A stretch of DNA of 64,000 nt from an uncultured Eubacteriales bacterium (GCA_903919045.1 CAIXGU010000272.1:10574-74573), one strand, 5' to 3'; shown: positions 27,177 through 36,521, counted from the stretch's first letter. The notes: generated from the letters alone by a model not told the origin. Numbers and translations are program-made.

Positions 27177-27929
27177 TCAGGCGCGGCCCGCGTCCTGCGC
27201 GAGGGCGCAGCGGTCGGTCCGCAGGACGGCGACGACGTGCTCGCAGAGGTTGCCGGAGCGCGACGAGAGGTCCGAGGTCGCCACGAGCACGGCGGTCCCG
27301 CGCGCGACGTCGAGTTCCTCGGCTTCGCGGGGCAGGCAGGGGCGCACCTCGATGCGGAGATGCGCGCGCGTCGGCAGGTAGGCGTACTTGTTGGCCGTGA
27401 TGTCGAGCATGCGCCGCCCCGCGAGGAAGTCGTCGACGAGGTTCGGGAACATCCACAGCGGCACGTGCGAGAGGCAATGGACGTACGGCACGCCGTCCTT
27501 GTCGCAGAGCGTCCAGGCCATCCGGGCGTACGCGCGGTCGGCCGAGAGCGGCATCTGGCCGAAGATGCGGTCGAGCTCGGCCGCGTCGCCGTCCACCCGC
27601 TCGATCGAGGCGTATTCCCGCGCCTCCTGGGCGTCGCTGCCGAGGACCGAGAAGGCGAAGCCGTTGAACCCCTTCAGCTCGACGCGCTCGGGGGCGGCGG
27701 CGAGGAAGGTCCCCTTCCCCTTCACCTTCACGAGCAGCCCCTCGGCGGCAAGGTCCGAGATCGCCTGGCGGACGGTCGGGCGACTGAGCCCGGTCATCGC
27801 GCAGATCTCGTGCTCGGAGGGGATCCGCCCGTCCGCGCCGAAGCGTCCGTCCCGGATGCCCGCCGCGAGCTCGTCCTTGAGCTGCGCGTAGAGCGGAACG
27901 CTGCTGTGCTTGTCGATCCGGATCCTCAT
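27177..27929 (-). CDS. GntR-family transcriptional regulator, HutC subfamily (UTRA effector domain)
   Basis: 250 aa from Met9 of ORF 27177-27953, with RBS GGGAGGGA upstream. The wHTH region reads PLYAQLKDEL..IPSEHEICAMTGLSRPTVRQAISDL. Its stop lies 10 nt from the next gene. Confidence 0.85.
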   Translation of the reverse strand: MRIRIDKHSSVPLYAQLKDELAAGIRDGRFGADGRIPSEHEICAMTGLSRPTVRQAISDLAAEGLLVKVKGKGTFLAAAPERVELKGFNGFAFSVLGSDAQEAREYASIERVDGDAAELDRIFGQMPLSADRAYARMAWTLCDKDGVPYVHCLSHVPLWMFPNLVDDFLAGRRMLDITANKYAYLPTRAHLRIEVRPCLPREAEELDVARGTAVLVATSDLSSRSGNLCEHVVAVLRTDRCALAQDAGRA

Positions 27930-27965
27930 GGCCCGTCCCTCCCGTCCATACATGCTGACAGGACC

Positions 27966-27974
27966 ATTCTACCA
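27966..27974 (-). promoter_or_regulatory. Extended -10 TGGTAGAAT upstream of the GntR-family gene
   Basis: The minus strand reads TGGTAGAAT, about 37 nt upstream of ATG 27929. Confidence 0.45.
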
Positions 27975-27988
27975 CGGCGGGGACGCAG

Positions 27989-28019
27989 GAAGGGCGGCCG
28001 CGGGGTGCGGCCGCCCTTC
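27989..28019 (-). terminator. GC-rich hairpin downstream of the beta-propeller gene (no U-tract)
   Basis: A perfect 13-bp stem pairs GAAGGGCGGCCGC with GCGGCCGCCCTTC, with a 5-nt loop. There is no T-run on either strand, so terminator function is uncertain. Confidence 0.4.
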
Positions 28020-28051
28020 GTCGGGACGGATTCCGACGGGGCCCGACAGGG

Positions 28052-30313
28052 TCAGTCGATCATGACCCTGCCGCCGTAGTACTCGCCGAAGCCCGGGAGC
28101 TCGACCGTGCCGAGGGCGGAGAAGTCGGAGAGCGTCGAGGCCTTCACGAGGCCGCCGGAGATCGTGTAGAGCACGTCGCCCACCTGGACGCCGCGGGTGA
28201 TGGTCCGCGGGCCGTAGAGCGCTTCCTGGTCGGCCTTGCCGGCGATGTCCTCATAGGAGGCGAAGGGCTGCGTCCAGTCGAGGTCCTTGTTGGAGTTGGT
28301 CACCATGCCGCGGACGTACAGGCCCTTCTCCGCGTCGTAGCCCAGGATCAGGAAGCCCTGCCACACGGGCTGGCCGTAGGCGATCGGGTCGGCCTTCTGG
28401 TCCTTCGGGACCCGGTTGATCGTGATCGGGATGCCGATCAGGTCGCGGTCCTTGGAGAACAGCAGCGCCTTGTGGTTGTAGCTGATCTCCGAATAGGTGC
28501 CGCGGTCGCCGATCGAAAGCTTCGCGATCTCCGTCGGGGCCGTCGCATCGGACACGTCGAACATCGAGAACTTCATGCCGAGGTAGTAGGCCATGTCGCC
28601 CTGGACGATCGCGTCCTTCCCGAAGCCGAGGAGCAGGCCGTCCGCGTAGGGATGCAGGTATTCGCTGTAGCCCGGGATCTTCAGCTCGCCGAGGACCTTC
28701 GGGGCGGTCGGCGATGCGAGGTCGAGGACGAACAGCGGGTCGGTCGTGCGGAAGGTCACCAGGTAGGCCCGGTCGCCGAGGAAGCGCACGGACTTGATCG
28801 TCTCGCGGGAGGCGAGGCCCTCGACTTTGCCGACGATCTTCAGGGAGCCGTCGAGCACGTAGAGGTTGTTGAGCGAGGTGTATTCGTCGGTCCGCCAGGA
28901 ATCGCCGACCGTGGTCGCGACCCTCAGGAAGCCGTCCTTCTCGTCCATCGCGAACTGGTTCAGCACGTAGCCCGGGACCGTTCCGGCCCCGTCCTCGGAG
29001 ACCTTCGCGTTAGCGATCGAGAAGCGGAAGATGTCGGTGTAGGTTTCGACGACGGGCATCGGCATCACGGTGAAGACGTCCTTCGAATCGGATGCGACCG
29101 GGGCGTCGGGGCCCTTGGTCTCGACAGGGGCGCTCGTCGGCTTCTCCTCGACGGAGGCCGGGTCGGTCGGTCGGGTCTCGGGAGGCGAAAGGACGGGGTC
29201 GACGGGCGTCGTGCCGTCCGTCCCGGTACCGTCGCCCTGGTTCGGCTCCGTCGCGGAACCGGTCGTCTCGGGCGGAGGAAGCTCCTTCGTGGCGACCAGC
29301 ACGTCGGTCACGGCCGCCGGCGTCACTTCCTGCTGCTCCCAGCGCTGCACCGCGACGTAGATCGCGCTCTCGGAAGCGTACAGGACGTTCCCGGCGCCCA
29401 GCAGGGCCTTCGTATCGGCTTGGCGCGATGCATCGACCGTGTCGACGCCGCTCACGACGAGGAAGCTGGAGTAGTCGTTCGACTTGACGATGCCGATGGA
29501 GCCGGCCGGAATCGGCGCGAAGTCCCCGGAACCGCTGCGGACGGCGGGGATCAGGTTCTCGGTGGGCGCCGCCCCATCGTACCAGGTGTAGCGGTTGGTG
29601 ATCAGATAGACCGCGGAGCCGATGCGGCGCGAGGAGAGGTAGCTGCCGTCCTGCTCGAAGGAGCGGACGAGCTGCGGAGCCGTCGGGTCGGAGATGTCGT
29701 AGACGCGGGCCGCCGTCGTGCTCATGCCGTAGCCGTACCAGATGCCGGGACGGATCATCGCGTCCGCCGCCTTGTCCTTCGCGGGCTCGACGGCGCCCGG
29801 GGTCTCCGCGGCGCCGGTCGGCGCCGGAAGCTCGCGGTAGGAGCCCGTGATCACGGTCGCCCGCTGGTTCTCGACGTCGAGGAACATCTCGACCGGGTAC
29901 TCGTTCACGGCGTCGCTCGCGTACTTGATCTCCGAGACGACCTTCATCGCCGCGGGGTCGCGGACGTCCACGACGAGGAAGCGCCCGTTCGCGATCAGGT
30001 AGAGGAAGCTGCCGTCGGTCTTGACGACGTCCGCCTCGTCCACGCCGGCGACCTGGACGTTGGTGGTCGAGTAGTCGTTGCCGGACTTGGAGTCGAGCGC
30101 CGCCTCGGGCGCGCCGGCGAGGTCGCGCATGAAGAACGGACCGTTGCGTCCGGCCTGCTTGAGGAGCGCGGCGATCGCGGCGTAGGTCGAGTAGTGCTTG
30201 ATCTCGCCTGCCTTGAGGGTCTTCTGCGGATTCGCGGCCGGTGCGGCGCAGGATGCGAGCACGAGCGCGAGGGCGACGAACGTCGCGACGACCAGGAATA
30301 GCCTACGTTTCAT
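28052..30313 (-). CDS. Secreted lipoprotein with beta-propeller domain (Beta_propel-like family)
   Basis: 753 aa with a lipoprotein signal MKRRLFLVVATFVALALVLASC. Contains NVQVAGVDEADVVKTDG and repeated propeller-like segments. A Pro/Thr/Gly-rich insert lies mid-protein. Confidence 0.75.
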   Translation of the reverse strand: MKRRLFLVVATFVALALVLASCAAPAANPQKTLKAGEIKHYSTYAAIAALLKQAGRNGPFFMRDLAGAPEAALDSKSGNDYSTTNVQVAGVDEADVVKTDGSFLYLIANGRFLVVDVRDPAAMKVVSEIKYASDAVNEYPVEMFLDVENQRATVITGSYRELPAPTGAAETPGAVEPAKDKAADAMIRPGIWYGYGMSTTAARVYDISDPTAPQLVRSFEQDGSYLSSRRIGSAVYLITNRYTWYDGAAPTENLIPAVRSGSGDFAPIPAGSIGIVKSNDYSSFLVVSGVDTVDASRQADTKALLGAGNVLYASESAIYVAVQRWEQQEVTPAAVTDVLVATKELPPPETTGSATEPNQGDGTGTDGTTPVDPVLSPPETRPTDPASVEEKPTSAPVETKGPDAPVASDSKDVFTVMPMPVVETYTDIFRFSIANAKVSEDGAGTVPGYVLNQFAMDEKDGFLRVATTVGDSWRTDEYTSLNNLYVLDGSLKIVGKVEGLASRETIKSVRFLGDRAYLVTFRTTDPLFVLDLASPTAPKVLGELKIPGYSEYLHPYADGLLLGFGKDAIVQGDMAYYLGMKFSMFDVSDATAPTEIAKLSIGDRGTYSEISYNHKALLFSKDRDLIGIPITINRVPKDQKADPIAYGQPVWQGFLILGYDAEKGLYVRGMVTNSNKDLDWTQPFASYEDIAGKADQEALYGPRTITRGVQVGDVLYTISGGLVKASTLSDFSALGTVELPGFGEYYGGRVMID

Positions 30314-30396
30314 CTTGAATGCCTCCTTCGACGACGGGAGCCAGGTCCCGCGGACGGTTTCCGCTCTTTGTACGTCGGAAGGCGCCGTTCGGTTCC

Positions 30397-31830
30397 CTAG
30401 ACCCTAAGTTCGGGCGCGGCACCGCCCATCGCGTCTGCGTTCCGCTCGAGCAGCGGCCGGACGACCTCCGCCAGGTATTCGTCCACCTGCTCGGGGCAGC
30501 GGCCGACGAAGAGGGCAGGATCGAGCGTCTCCTCGAGCTCGGCGAGGGTCGTGCGGAAGGCGGGGTCGGCCGCGATCCGCTCGAGCAGATCGTTGGGGAG
30601 CCCGTTCTCCTTCACCGCCGCGCCGGCCTCCATCGAATGGACGCGGATGCGCTCGTGGAGGTCCTGCCGGTCCCCTCCCCGCTTCACGGCCTGCATGAGG
30701 ATTCGCTCCGTCGCCATGAACGGCAGCTCGTCGTTCAGGTGCTTGCGGACGACGCCGTAATGCACGACGAGGCCGGAGGCGACGTTCCGGTAGATCGCGA
30801 GCACCGCGTCGACCGCGAGGAACGCCTCGGGCACGGAGATCCGCTTGTTCGCCGAGTCGTCGAGCGTGCGCTCGAACCACTGGTTCGCGGCGGTCATCGC
30901 CGGGTTCATCAGGTCGGCGATCACGTAGCGGGACAGCGAGGCCATCCGCTCGCAGCGCATCGGGTTGCGCTTGTAGGCCATCGCGCTCGAGCCGATCTGC
31001 TTCTCCTCGAACGGCTCCTCGATCTCCTTCAGGTGCTGGAGCAGGCGCAGGTCGCTGCTGAACTTGTGCGCGCTCTGCGCGATGCCGGAGAGGACCGAAA
31101 GCACCCGGAAGTCGGTCTTGCGCGAGTAGGTCTGGCCGGAGACCGCGACGACGCCGGGATAGCCCATCTTCCGGGCGATCCGCCGGTCGAGCTCGCGGAC
31201 CTTGGCGTGGTCCCCGTCGAACAGCTCGAGGAAGCTCGCCTGCGTGCCCGTCGTCCCCTTGCTCCCGAGCAGCCGGATCCCGGATCGGACGAAGTCCAGG
31301 TCCTCGAGGTCCTGCAGCAGGTCGGCGATCCAGAGGGTCGCGCGCTTCCCGACCGTCACGGGCTGCGCCGCCTGGAAGTGCGTGAAGCCGAGGGTCGGGA
31401 CGGCGCGGTTCCGGGACGCGAAGTCGGCGAGCGCGGAGACGACCGCGAGCAGGCGCTTCCGCAGGAGGTCGAGCCCCTCCGCCATCAGCATCAGGTCCGT
31501 GTTGTCCCCGACGTAGCAGGAGGTCGCGCCGAGGTGGATGATCGGCTTCGCGAGCGGGCACAGGTCGCCGTACGCGAGCACGTGGGCCATCACGTCGTGC
31601 CGCACCGCGGCCTCGTGCCGGTCCGCCGCCGCGTAGTCGATCTCATCCGCGTGCGCGCGCATCTCCTGGATCTGCGCCTCGGAGATGTCGAGGCCGAGTT
31701 CGCGCTCCGCCTCGGCGAGGGCGATCCAGAGCCTGCGCCACGACCGGAACTTCCGGTCGGGCGAGAAAAGGGCCTGCATCTCGCGGCTGGCGTAGCGGCT
31801 GTTCAGGGGGCTTTCGTACGTGGATCCCAT
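30397..31830 (-). CDS. purB: Adenylosuccinate lyase
   Basis: 477 aa starting YESPLNSRYASREM, with the fumarate-lyase signature GSSAMAYKRNP. Confidence 0.95.
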   Translation of the reverse strand: MGSTYESPLNSRYASREMQALFSPDRKFRSWRRLWIALAEAERELGLDISEAQIQEMRAHADEIDYAAADRHEAAVRHDVMAHVLAYGDLCPLAKPIIHLGATSCYVGDNTDLMLMAEGLDLLRKRLLAVVSALADFASRNRAVPTLGFTHFQAAQPVTVGKRATLWIADLLQDLEDLDFVRSGIRLLGSKGTTGTQASFLELFDGDHAKVRELDRRIARKMGYPGVVAVSGQTYSRKTDFRVLSVLSGIAQSAHKFSSDLRLLQHLKEIEEPFEEKQIGSSAMAYKRNPMRCERMASLSRYVIADLMNPAMTAANQWFERTLDDSANKRISVPEAFLAVDAVLAIYRNVASGLVVHYGVVRKHLNDELPFMATERILMQAVKRGGDRQDLHERIRVHSMEAGAAVKENGLPNDLLERIAADPAFRTTLAELEETLDPALFVGRCPEQVDEYLAEVVRPLLERNADAMGGAAPELRV

Positions 31831-31893
31831 GGCGTCTCGTCCTCCCCTTCGATTATACCCTACGGAGCGTCCGGGACGCGCGCGGCGGCGCTC

Positions 31894-33171
31894 CTAGGCC
31901 AGCCGCCTCCGGGCCGACAGGAGCCGCACGCAGACGCAGAGCGCCTCGATCGCGGCCTCGAGCTCGGCGACCGGCGGGAACGACGGCGCGATGCGGATGT
32001 TGCGGTCGCGGGGGTCCTTGCCGTACGGGTAGGCGGCGCCGGCCGGCGTGAGCTCCACGCCCACCGACTTCGCGAGGGCGACGACCTCCTTCGCGAGGCC
32101 GTCCTCGACGAACAGGCTCACGAAATAGCCGCCGCGCGGCGCGTTCCACTCGGCGATGCCCTTCCCGCCGAGCTCGGCGTCGAGGATCCGCAGGACGGTC
32201 TCGAACTTCGGCCGCAGGATCGCGGCGTGCTTCCGCATGTGCGCCTCGACGCCCGCGCGGTCCTTGAGGAAGGCCACGTGGCGCAGCTGGTTCACCTTGT
32301 CGTGGCCGATGGTCTGGATGCCGAGGTTGCGCCGGATGTGGTCGACGTTGGCCGGGCTCGCGGCGAGAGCGGCCACGCCCGCGCCGGCGTAGGTCACCTT
32401 CGACGTGGAGCAGAATTCGTACACGCGGTCGGAATGGCCCGCCGCGGCGCACAGGCCGAGCATCTCGGGCACGGCGTCCTTCCGGTCGTCGTACAGATGG
32501 TGCAGGAAATAGGCGTTGTCCCAGAGGATGCGGAAGTCCGGAGCCGCCTCCATCGAAGCGAGTCGGCGGCAGACGTCGGCGGAATACGTGATCCCGTCGG
32601 GGTTGCTGTAGACGGGCACGCACCAGATGCCCTTGATGGAATCGTCGGCGGCGCACAGGCGCTCGACCTCGTCCATGTCCGGGCCGTCGGCGCGCATCGC
32701 CACGGGCAGCATCTCGATGCCGAGCTCGCGGCAGATCGCGAAGTGCCGGTCGTAGCCGGGCGACGGGCAGAGGAACCGGACGACCGGCTCCTTCGACCAG
32801 GGGCGGGCCGCGCCGGGCACGGCGGTGAGCATCGCCCGCGCGACGGCGTCGTACATCAGGTTGAGGCTCGAGTTGCCGCCGACGATCACCTGCGCCGCAG
32901 GGACGCCCATCAGGTCCGCGAAGAGCGCGCGCGCCTCGGGGATGCCCTCGAGGAGCCCGTAGTTGCGGGCGTCGCTGCCGTCGGACGCCTTCGTGCCGTC
33001 GGGCCCGATCAAGGCGAGCATCGCGTCGGCCAGGTCGAGCTGCGCCTTGCAGGGCTTGCCGCGGGCCATGTTGAGGGAGAGCTTCCGCGCGGCGATCGCG
33101 TCGAGCCGGGCCCGCTGGGCCTCGGCCTCCTGCTGGAGCGCGATCCGGTCCATCGTCGAAAATGAAGGCAT
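31894..33171 (-). CDS. PLP-dependent aminotransferase (class I/II fold, about 425-aa aspartate-aminotransferase-like family)
   Basis: 425 aa from ATG 33171 with RBS AAGGAGGG 7 nt upstream. The ORF-track start 33189 has no RBS. Motifs include LNMARGKP, GGNSSLNLMYD and STSKVTYAGAG. Confidence 0.8.
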   Translation of the reverse strand: MPSFSTMDRIALQQEAEAQRARLDAIAARKLSLNMARGKPCKAQLDLADAMLALIGPDGTKASDGSDARNYGLLEGIPEARALFADLMGVPAAQVIVGGNSSLNLMYDAVARAMLTAVPGAARPWSKEPVVRFLCPSPGYDRHFAICRELGIEMLPVAMRADGPDMDEVERLCAADDSIKGIWCVPVYSNPDGITYSADVCRRLASMEAAPDFRILWDNAYFLHHLYDDRKDAVPEMLGLCAAAGHSDRVYEFCSTSKVTYAGAGVAALAASPANVDHIRRNLGIQTIGHDKVNQLRHVAFLKDRAGVEAHMRKHAAILRPKFETVLRILDAELGGKGIAEWNAPRGGYFVSLFVEDGLAKEVVALAKSVGVELTPAGAAYPYGKDPRDRNIRIAPSFPPVAELEAAIEALCVCVRLLSARRRLA

Positions 33172-33282
33172 CGTCTTCCCTCCTTGCATCGCGGCGGGGG
33201 TCCGTCCGCTTGTTCTGGGGCGGACGCTCCTATTATATGGATGCTCCGGAGGCCTTTCAACGGTCCCGGAGCCGTTCGCCCC

Positions 33283-33645
33283 TCATTCGATGGGGAGAAT
33301 TTCGATGCAGGATATGCAGCCGTCCGATTCACATTGCACAGACGCCGCGAGCAGCCGGACCTCGCGATCCTCCCACCCCTTCTCCTGCAGGTACAGCGAC
33401 GCGACCTGCCGGATCCGGCGCGTCTTGGCCGGCGTCACGGCCTCGGCCGGGATCCCGAAGCGGCCGGACGTGCGCGCCTTCACCTCCACGAAGCAGACCG
33501 CGCCGCGGTCGGCGGCCACGAGGTCGATCTCGCCGAGCCGGCGGTACCGCCAGCGCCGGGCGAGCAACGCCATCCCGCGCCGGACCAGCTCCGCGGCGAC
33601 CGCGTCCTCGGCGCGCCGTCCGAGCGCGGCGTTCCCGCGTTCCAT
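33283..33645 (-). CDS. yraN: YraN-family (UPF0102) endonuclease-like protein
   Basis: 120 aa with GEIDLVA...VCFVEVKAR. It sits directly downstream of rnhB, as is common in Firmicutes. Confidence 0.85.
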   Translation of the reverse strand: MERGNAALGRRAEDAVAAELVRRGMALLARRWRYRRLGEIDLVAADRGAVCFVEVKARTSGRFGIPAEAVTPAKTRRIRQVASLYLQEKGWEDREVRLLAASVQCESDGCISCIEILPIE

Positions 33646-34302
33646 CTACTCGGCTCCGCCGTCGGCTTCGGGCAGGCCGCGCGTGAAGGACCGCCGGTGC
33701 AGCGGGCAGAGGCCGTGCGCGCGGATCGCCGCATAGTGCGCCTCGGTGCCGTAGCCCTTGTGCTGCGCGAACCCGTAGGCCGGATAGGAGCGGTCCCACT
33801 CGGCCATGAGGCGGTCGCGGCGGACCTTCGCGAGGATCGAGGCCGCGGCGATCGAGACGCTGAGGGCGTCCCCCTTCACGATCGGGACGACGGGGATGCC
33901 GGTCCCGCGGAGGTCCACGGCGTCGATCAGGAGGACGTCGGGCGGGACGGCGAGCGCTGCGACGGCCTCGGCCATCGCGCGCTTCGTGGCGTTCAGGATG
34001 TTCACGCGGTCGATCTCGGCCGCATCGACCTCCGCGATCGCGTAGGCGAGGCTGTGCGCGACGATCTCGTCGAAGAGGACCTCCCGGCGTTCCGAAGACA
34101 GCTTCTTCGAGTCGTCGAGGCCGAGGATCCGGCGGTCCGGGTCGAGGACGCAGCATGCCGCGACGACGGGGCCGGCCAGCGGTCCGCGGCCCGCCTCGTC
34201 GACGCCGCCGATGCGGACGTGCCCTTCCAGGAGGCAGCGGCGCTCGTAGACGAGCATCGCCTCGTACTTGCGCTCGAGGGATTCGCGAGAGGGGCGCGGC
34301 AC
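33646..34302 (-). CDS. rnhB: Ribonuclease HII
   Basis: 218 aa from GTG 34302, 5 nt after the rbgA stop. An alternative ATG lies at 34257. Motifs are GVDEAGRGPLAGPV and DDSKKLS. The upstream part of ORF 33646-34728 is spurious. Confidence 0.9.
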   Translation of the reverse strand: MPRPSRESLERKYEAMLVYERRCLLEGHVRIGGVDEAGRGPLAGPVVAACCVLDPDRRILGLDDSKKLSSERREVLFDEIVAHSLAYAIAEVDAAEIDRVNILNATKRAMAEAVAALAVPPDVLLIDAVDLRGTGIPVVPIVKGDALSVSIAAASILAKVRRDRLMAEWDRSYPAYGFAQHKGYGTEAHYAAIRAHGLCPLHRRSFTRGLPEADGGAE

Positions 34303-34307
34303 GGCCG

Positions 34308-35213
34308 TCAGTCCCCCGCTTCCGGGAGGACGGCCGGCGCGATGCGGTCCGCCCCGATGTCGTCCGGCGTCTCGAGGGTCATCCGGCCGAGCACGCCGCC
34401 GCGGAACTCGTCCAGCAGGATCGCGCAGAACCGCGACAGGTCGGCGCGGTTCCCCGGGAGGAGGCAGCCCCGTTTGCGTGCGGCCGCCTCGAGGAGTTCG
34501 AACGCCGGCAGCGAGAGGTCCTCGAGCTTGTAGCGCGCGCGGAGGCGGTCGGGGTAGCGGGCGGCGAGCAGGCCGACGAGGCCCTCGGCGAGGTCCTCCG
34601 TCGAGACGACCTCGTCCCGCACCGCGCCCGTCGCCGCGAGGCGCAGACGTCGGAAGTCGCTGCCGAGGTTCGGCCAGAGCACGCCGGGCATGTCCATCAG
34701 CTCGAGCGGGCCCTCCCCGCGGATCCACTGGGCGCCGCGGGTCACGCCGGGCCGGTCTTCGGTGCGGGCCGCCTTGCGGCCGGACAGCGCGTTGATCAGC
34801 GTGGACTTCCCGGAATTCGGGATGCCGACGACCATCGCGCGCACGGGACGGAAGATCCGGCCGCGCTCGGCGGCGCGCTCGATCCGGCCGGCGCAGAGGT
34901 CGGCGGCGGCGTTCCGGACGCGGTCGAGACCGCTGCGGTGAAGGCTGTCGACCGGGATCGCCGCACAGGAGGACGTCTCGAGGGCGCGCACCCAGGCGCG
35001 CGTCCAGGTCTCCTCGGCGAGGTCGGCCTTGTTGAGGACGACGACGCGTGGTTTCGTCCCGAGGATGCGGTCGAGTTCCGGATTGCGGCTGGAATGGGGG
35101 ATGCGCGCGTCGCAGGTCTCGAGGACGACGTCGACCTGCGGCAGGCGCTCCGCGATGCTGCGCAGCGTCTTCGCCATGTGTCCGGGGAACCAGCTGAGGT
35201 CCTTGACGTCCAT
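34308..35213 (-). CDS. rbgA: Ribosome biogenesis GTPase A (YlqF/RbgA)
   Basis: 301 aa from the internal Met. N-terminus is WFPGHMAK, and the G motifs are circularly permuted (NKADL ... GIPNSGKST ... DMPG). Confidence 0.9.
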   Translation of the reverse strand: MDVKDLSWFPGHMAKTLRSIAERLPQVDVVLETCDARIPHSSRNPELDRILGTKPRVVVLNKADLAEETWTRAWVRALETSSCAAIPVDSLHRSGLDRVRNAAADLCAGRIERAAERGRIFRPVRAMVVGIPNSGKSTLINALSGRKAARTEDRPGVTRGAQWIRGEGPLELMDMPGVLWPNLGSDFRRLRLAATGAVRDEVVSTEDLAEGLVGLLAARYPDRLRARYKLEDLSLPAFELLEAAARKRGCLLPGNRADLSRFCAILLDEFRGGVLGRMTLETPDDIGADRIAPAVLPEAGD

Positions 35214-35282
35214 CCCCGACCCTCCCGGATCCCCAAGGATCCGCCTCCGCCTCCGCGTGCCCGCCGCGGAACCGACGGAATC

Positions 35283-35317
35283 CGCGGAAAAAGGAAAGAG
35301 GACCGGTGCGGTCCTCT
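35283..35317 (-). terminator. Rho-independent terminator after rplS
   Basis: On the minus strand a 9-bp stem pairs AGAGGACCG with CGGTCCTCT, with a 3-nt loop. It is followed by TTCCTTTTTCC. Confidence 0.7.
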
Positions 35318-35329
35318 CTCCGGCGTTCC

Positions 35330-35683
35330 CTACGTGGGCTTCACCAGCTTTTCCTTGACCTTGGCCGACTTGCCGACCCGGTCTCTCAGATAGTAGAGCT
35401 TGGCGCGCCGGACCTTGCCCTTGCGGACGGTCTCGACGTGGTCGATGCGCGGCGAATGGACAGGCAGGATCCGTTCCACGCCGACGCCGTACGAAATGCG
35501 GCGCACGGTGAAGGTCTCGCTGAGGCCCTTGCCCTTGCGGGCGATCACGGTGCCTTCGAAGACCTGGATCCGTTCGCGGTTGCCTTCCTTGACCTTGAGG
35601 TGGACCTTGACGTAGTCGCCGATGTCGAGGCTGGGAAGGTCGCTCTTGAGCTGTTCCTGCTCGAGTGCCTTGATCATGTCCAT
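35330..35683 (-). CDS. rplS: 50S ribosomal protein L19
   Basis: 117 aa containing [30 protein letters not shown]. Confidence 0.97.
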   Translation of the reverse strand: MDMIKALEQEQLKSDLPSLDIGDYVKVHLKVKEGNRERIQVFEGTVIARKGKGLSETFTVRRISYGVGVERILPVHSPRIDHVETVRKGKVRRAKLYYLRDRVGKSAKVKEKLVKPT

Positions 35684-35754
35684 GATGCGTTCCTCCTTCC
35701 CTTCCAGGACGTTCGTGCACGCAACCGGCAGCGGACCGTCCGTAATCGCACGCT

Positions 35755-35763
35755 AGTTTACCA
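35755..35763 (-). promoter_or_regulatory. Extended -10 TGGTAAACT upstream of rplS
   Basis: The minus strand reads TGGTAAACT, just after the trmD stop and about 72 nt before the rplS ATG. Confidence 0.35.
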
Positions 35764-35780
35764 TATCCCCGGTCCGGGAT

Positions 35781-36521
35781 TCAATCGTCCTGCGAAAGAA
35801 ATTCCGCGAGCGCCTCTCCCTCGCCTTTCTCCAGCCGGATCCGGCCGAAGAGGTCGGGGCGCTTCTTCAACGTCGCGACGAGGGACATCTTCCTCCGCCA
35901 GGCGACGATCCGCTCGTGATGTCCGGACAGCAGGACGTCCGGCACGGTGCGGCCATGCCACTCGGCGGGCCGCGTGTAGTGCGGATGCTCCAGGAGCCCG
36001 TCGCCGTGGGACTCCTCGCGGTAGGCGCTCTCGTCCGGCAGGACGCCGGGGACGAGCCGCGCGACGGCGTCGATCACCGCGAGCGCCGGGAGCTCCCCGC
36101 CCGTCAGCACGAAGTCGCCGAGCGAGATCTCCTCGTCGACGATCTCGTCGAGCACGCGCTGGTCGACGCCTTCGTAATGTCCGCACAGCAGCACGATCTC
36201 GCCGCGCCCCGCGAGCTCCTCGGCCTTGCGCTGGTCGAAGGGCCGCCCCTGGGGGCTGAGGAACACCGTGTGCGGGCGTTCCGTCCCGAGGCGCTCCCCG
36301 GTCGCGCGCCAGGCGTCGAAGACCGGTCCGCACTGCAGCAGCATGCCGCGGCCGCCCCCGTACGGGGCGTCGTCGACCTTGCCGTAGGCGTTGCCGGCGT
36401 AGTCGCGGATGTCGATCGCGTCCACGGAGAGGAGGCCCGCCGCGCAGGCACGGCCGAGGATGCTCTCTCCGGCGACCGCCCGGATCAGCGACGGGAACAG
36501 GGTGAGGACGACGAACCGCAC
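35781..36521 (-). CDS. trmD: tRNA (guanine37-N1)-methyltransferase
   Basis: 246 aa starting MRFVVLTLFP, with DDAPYGGGRGM and the SPOUT knot region GHYEGVDQRV. Confidence 0.95.
   Translation of the reverse strand: MRFVVLTLFPSLIRAVAGESILGRACAAGLLSVDAIDIRDYAGNAYGKVDDAPYGGGRGMLLQCGPVFDAWRATGERLGTERPHTVFLSPQGRPFDQRKAEELAGRGEIVLLCGHYEGVDQRVLDEIVDEEISLGDFVLTGGELPALAVIDAVARLVPGVLPDESAYREESHGDGLLEHPHYTRPAEWHGRTVPDVLLSGHHERIVAWRRKMSLVATLKKRPDLFGRIRLEKGEGEALAEFLSQDD

Noticed and set aside
30319-33165. 948-aa plus-strand ORF across purB and the aminotransferase
   Set aside because: It is antisense to two clear genes and has no motifs. It is a shadow ORF. The same reasoning applies to 28472-30301, 40373-41989, 42137-43960, 54352-57114, 59150-61627 and the many shorter Arg/Pro-rich ORFs in the track.
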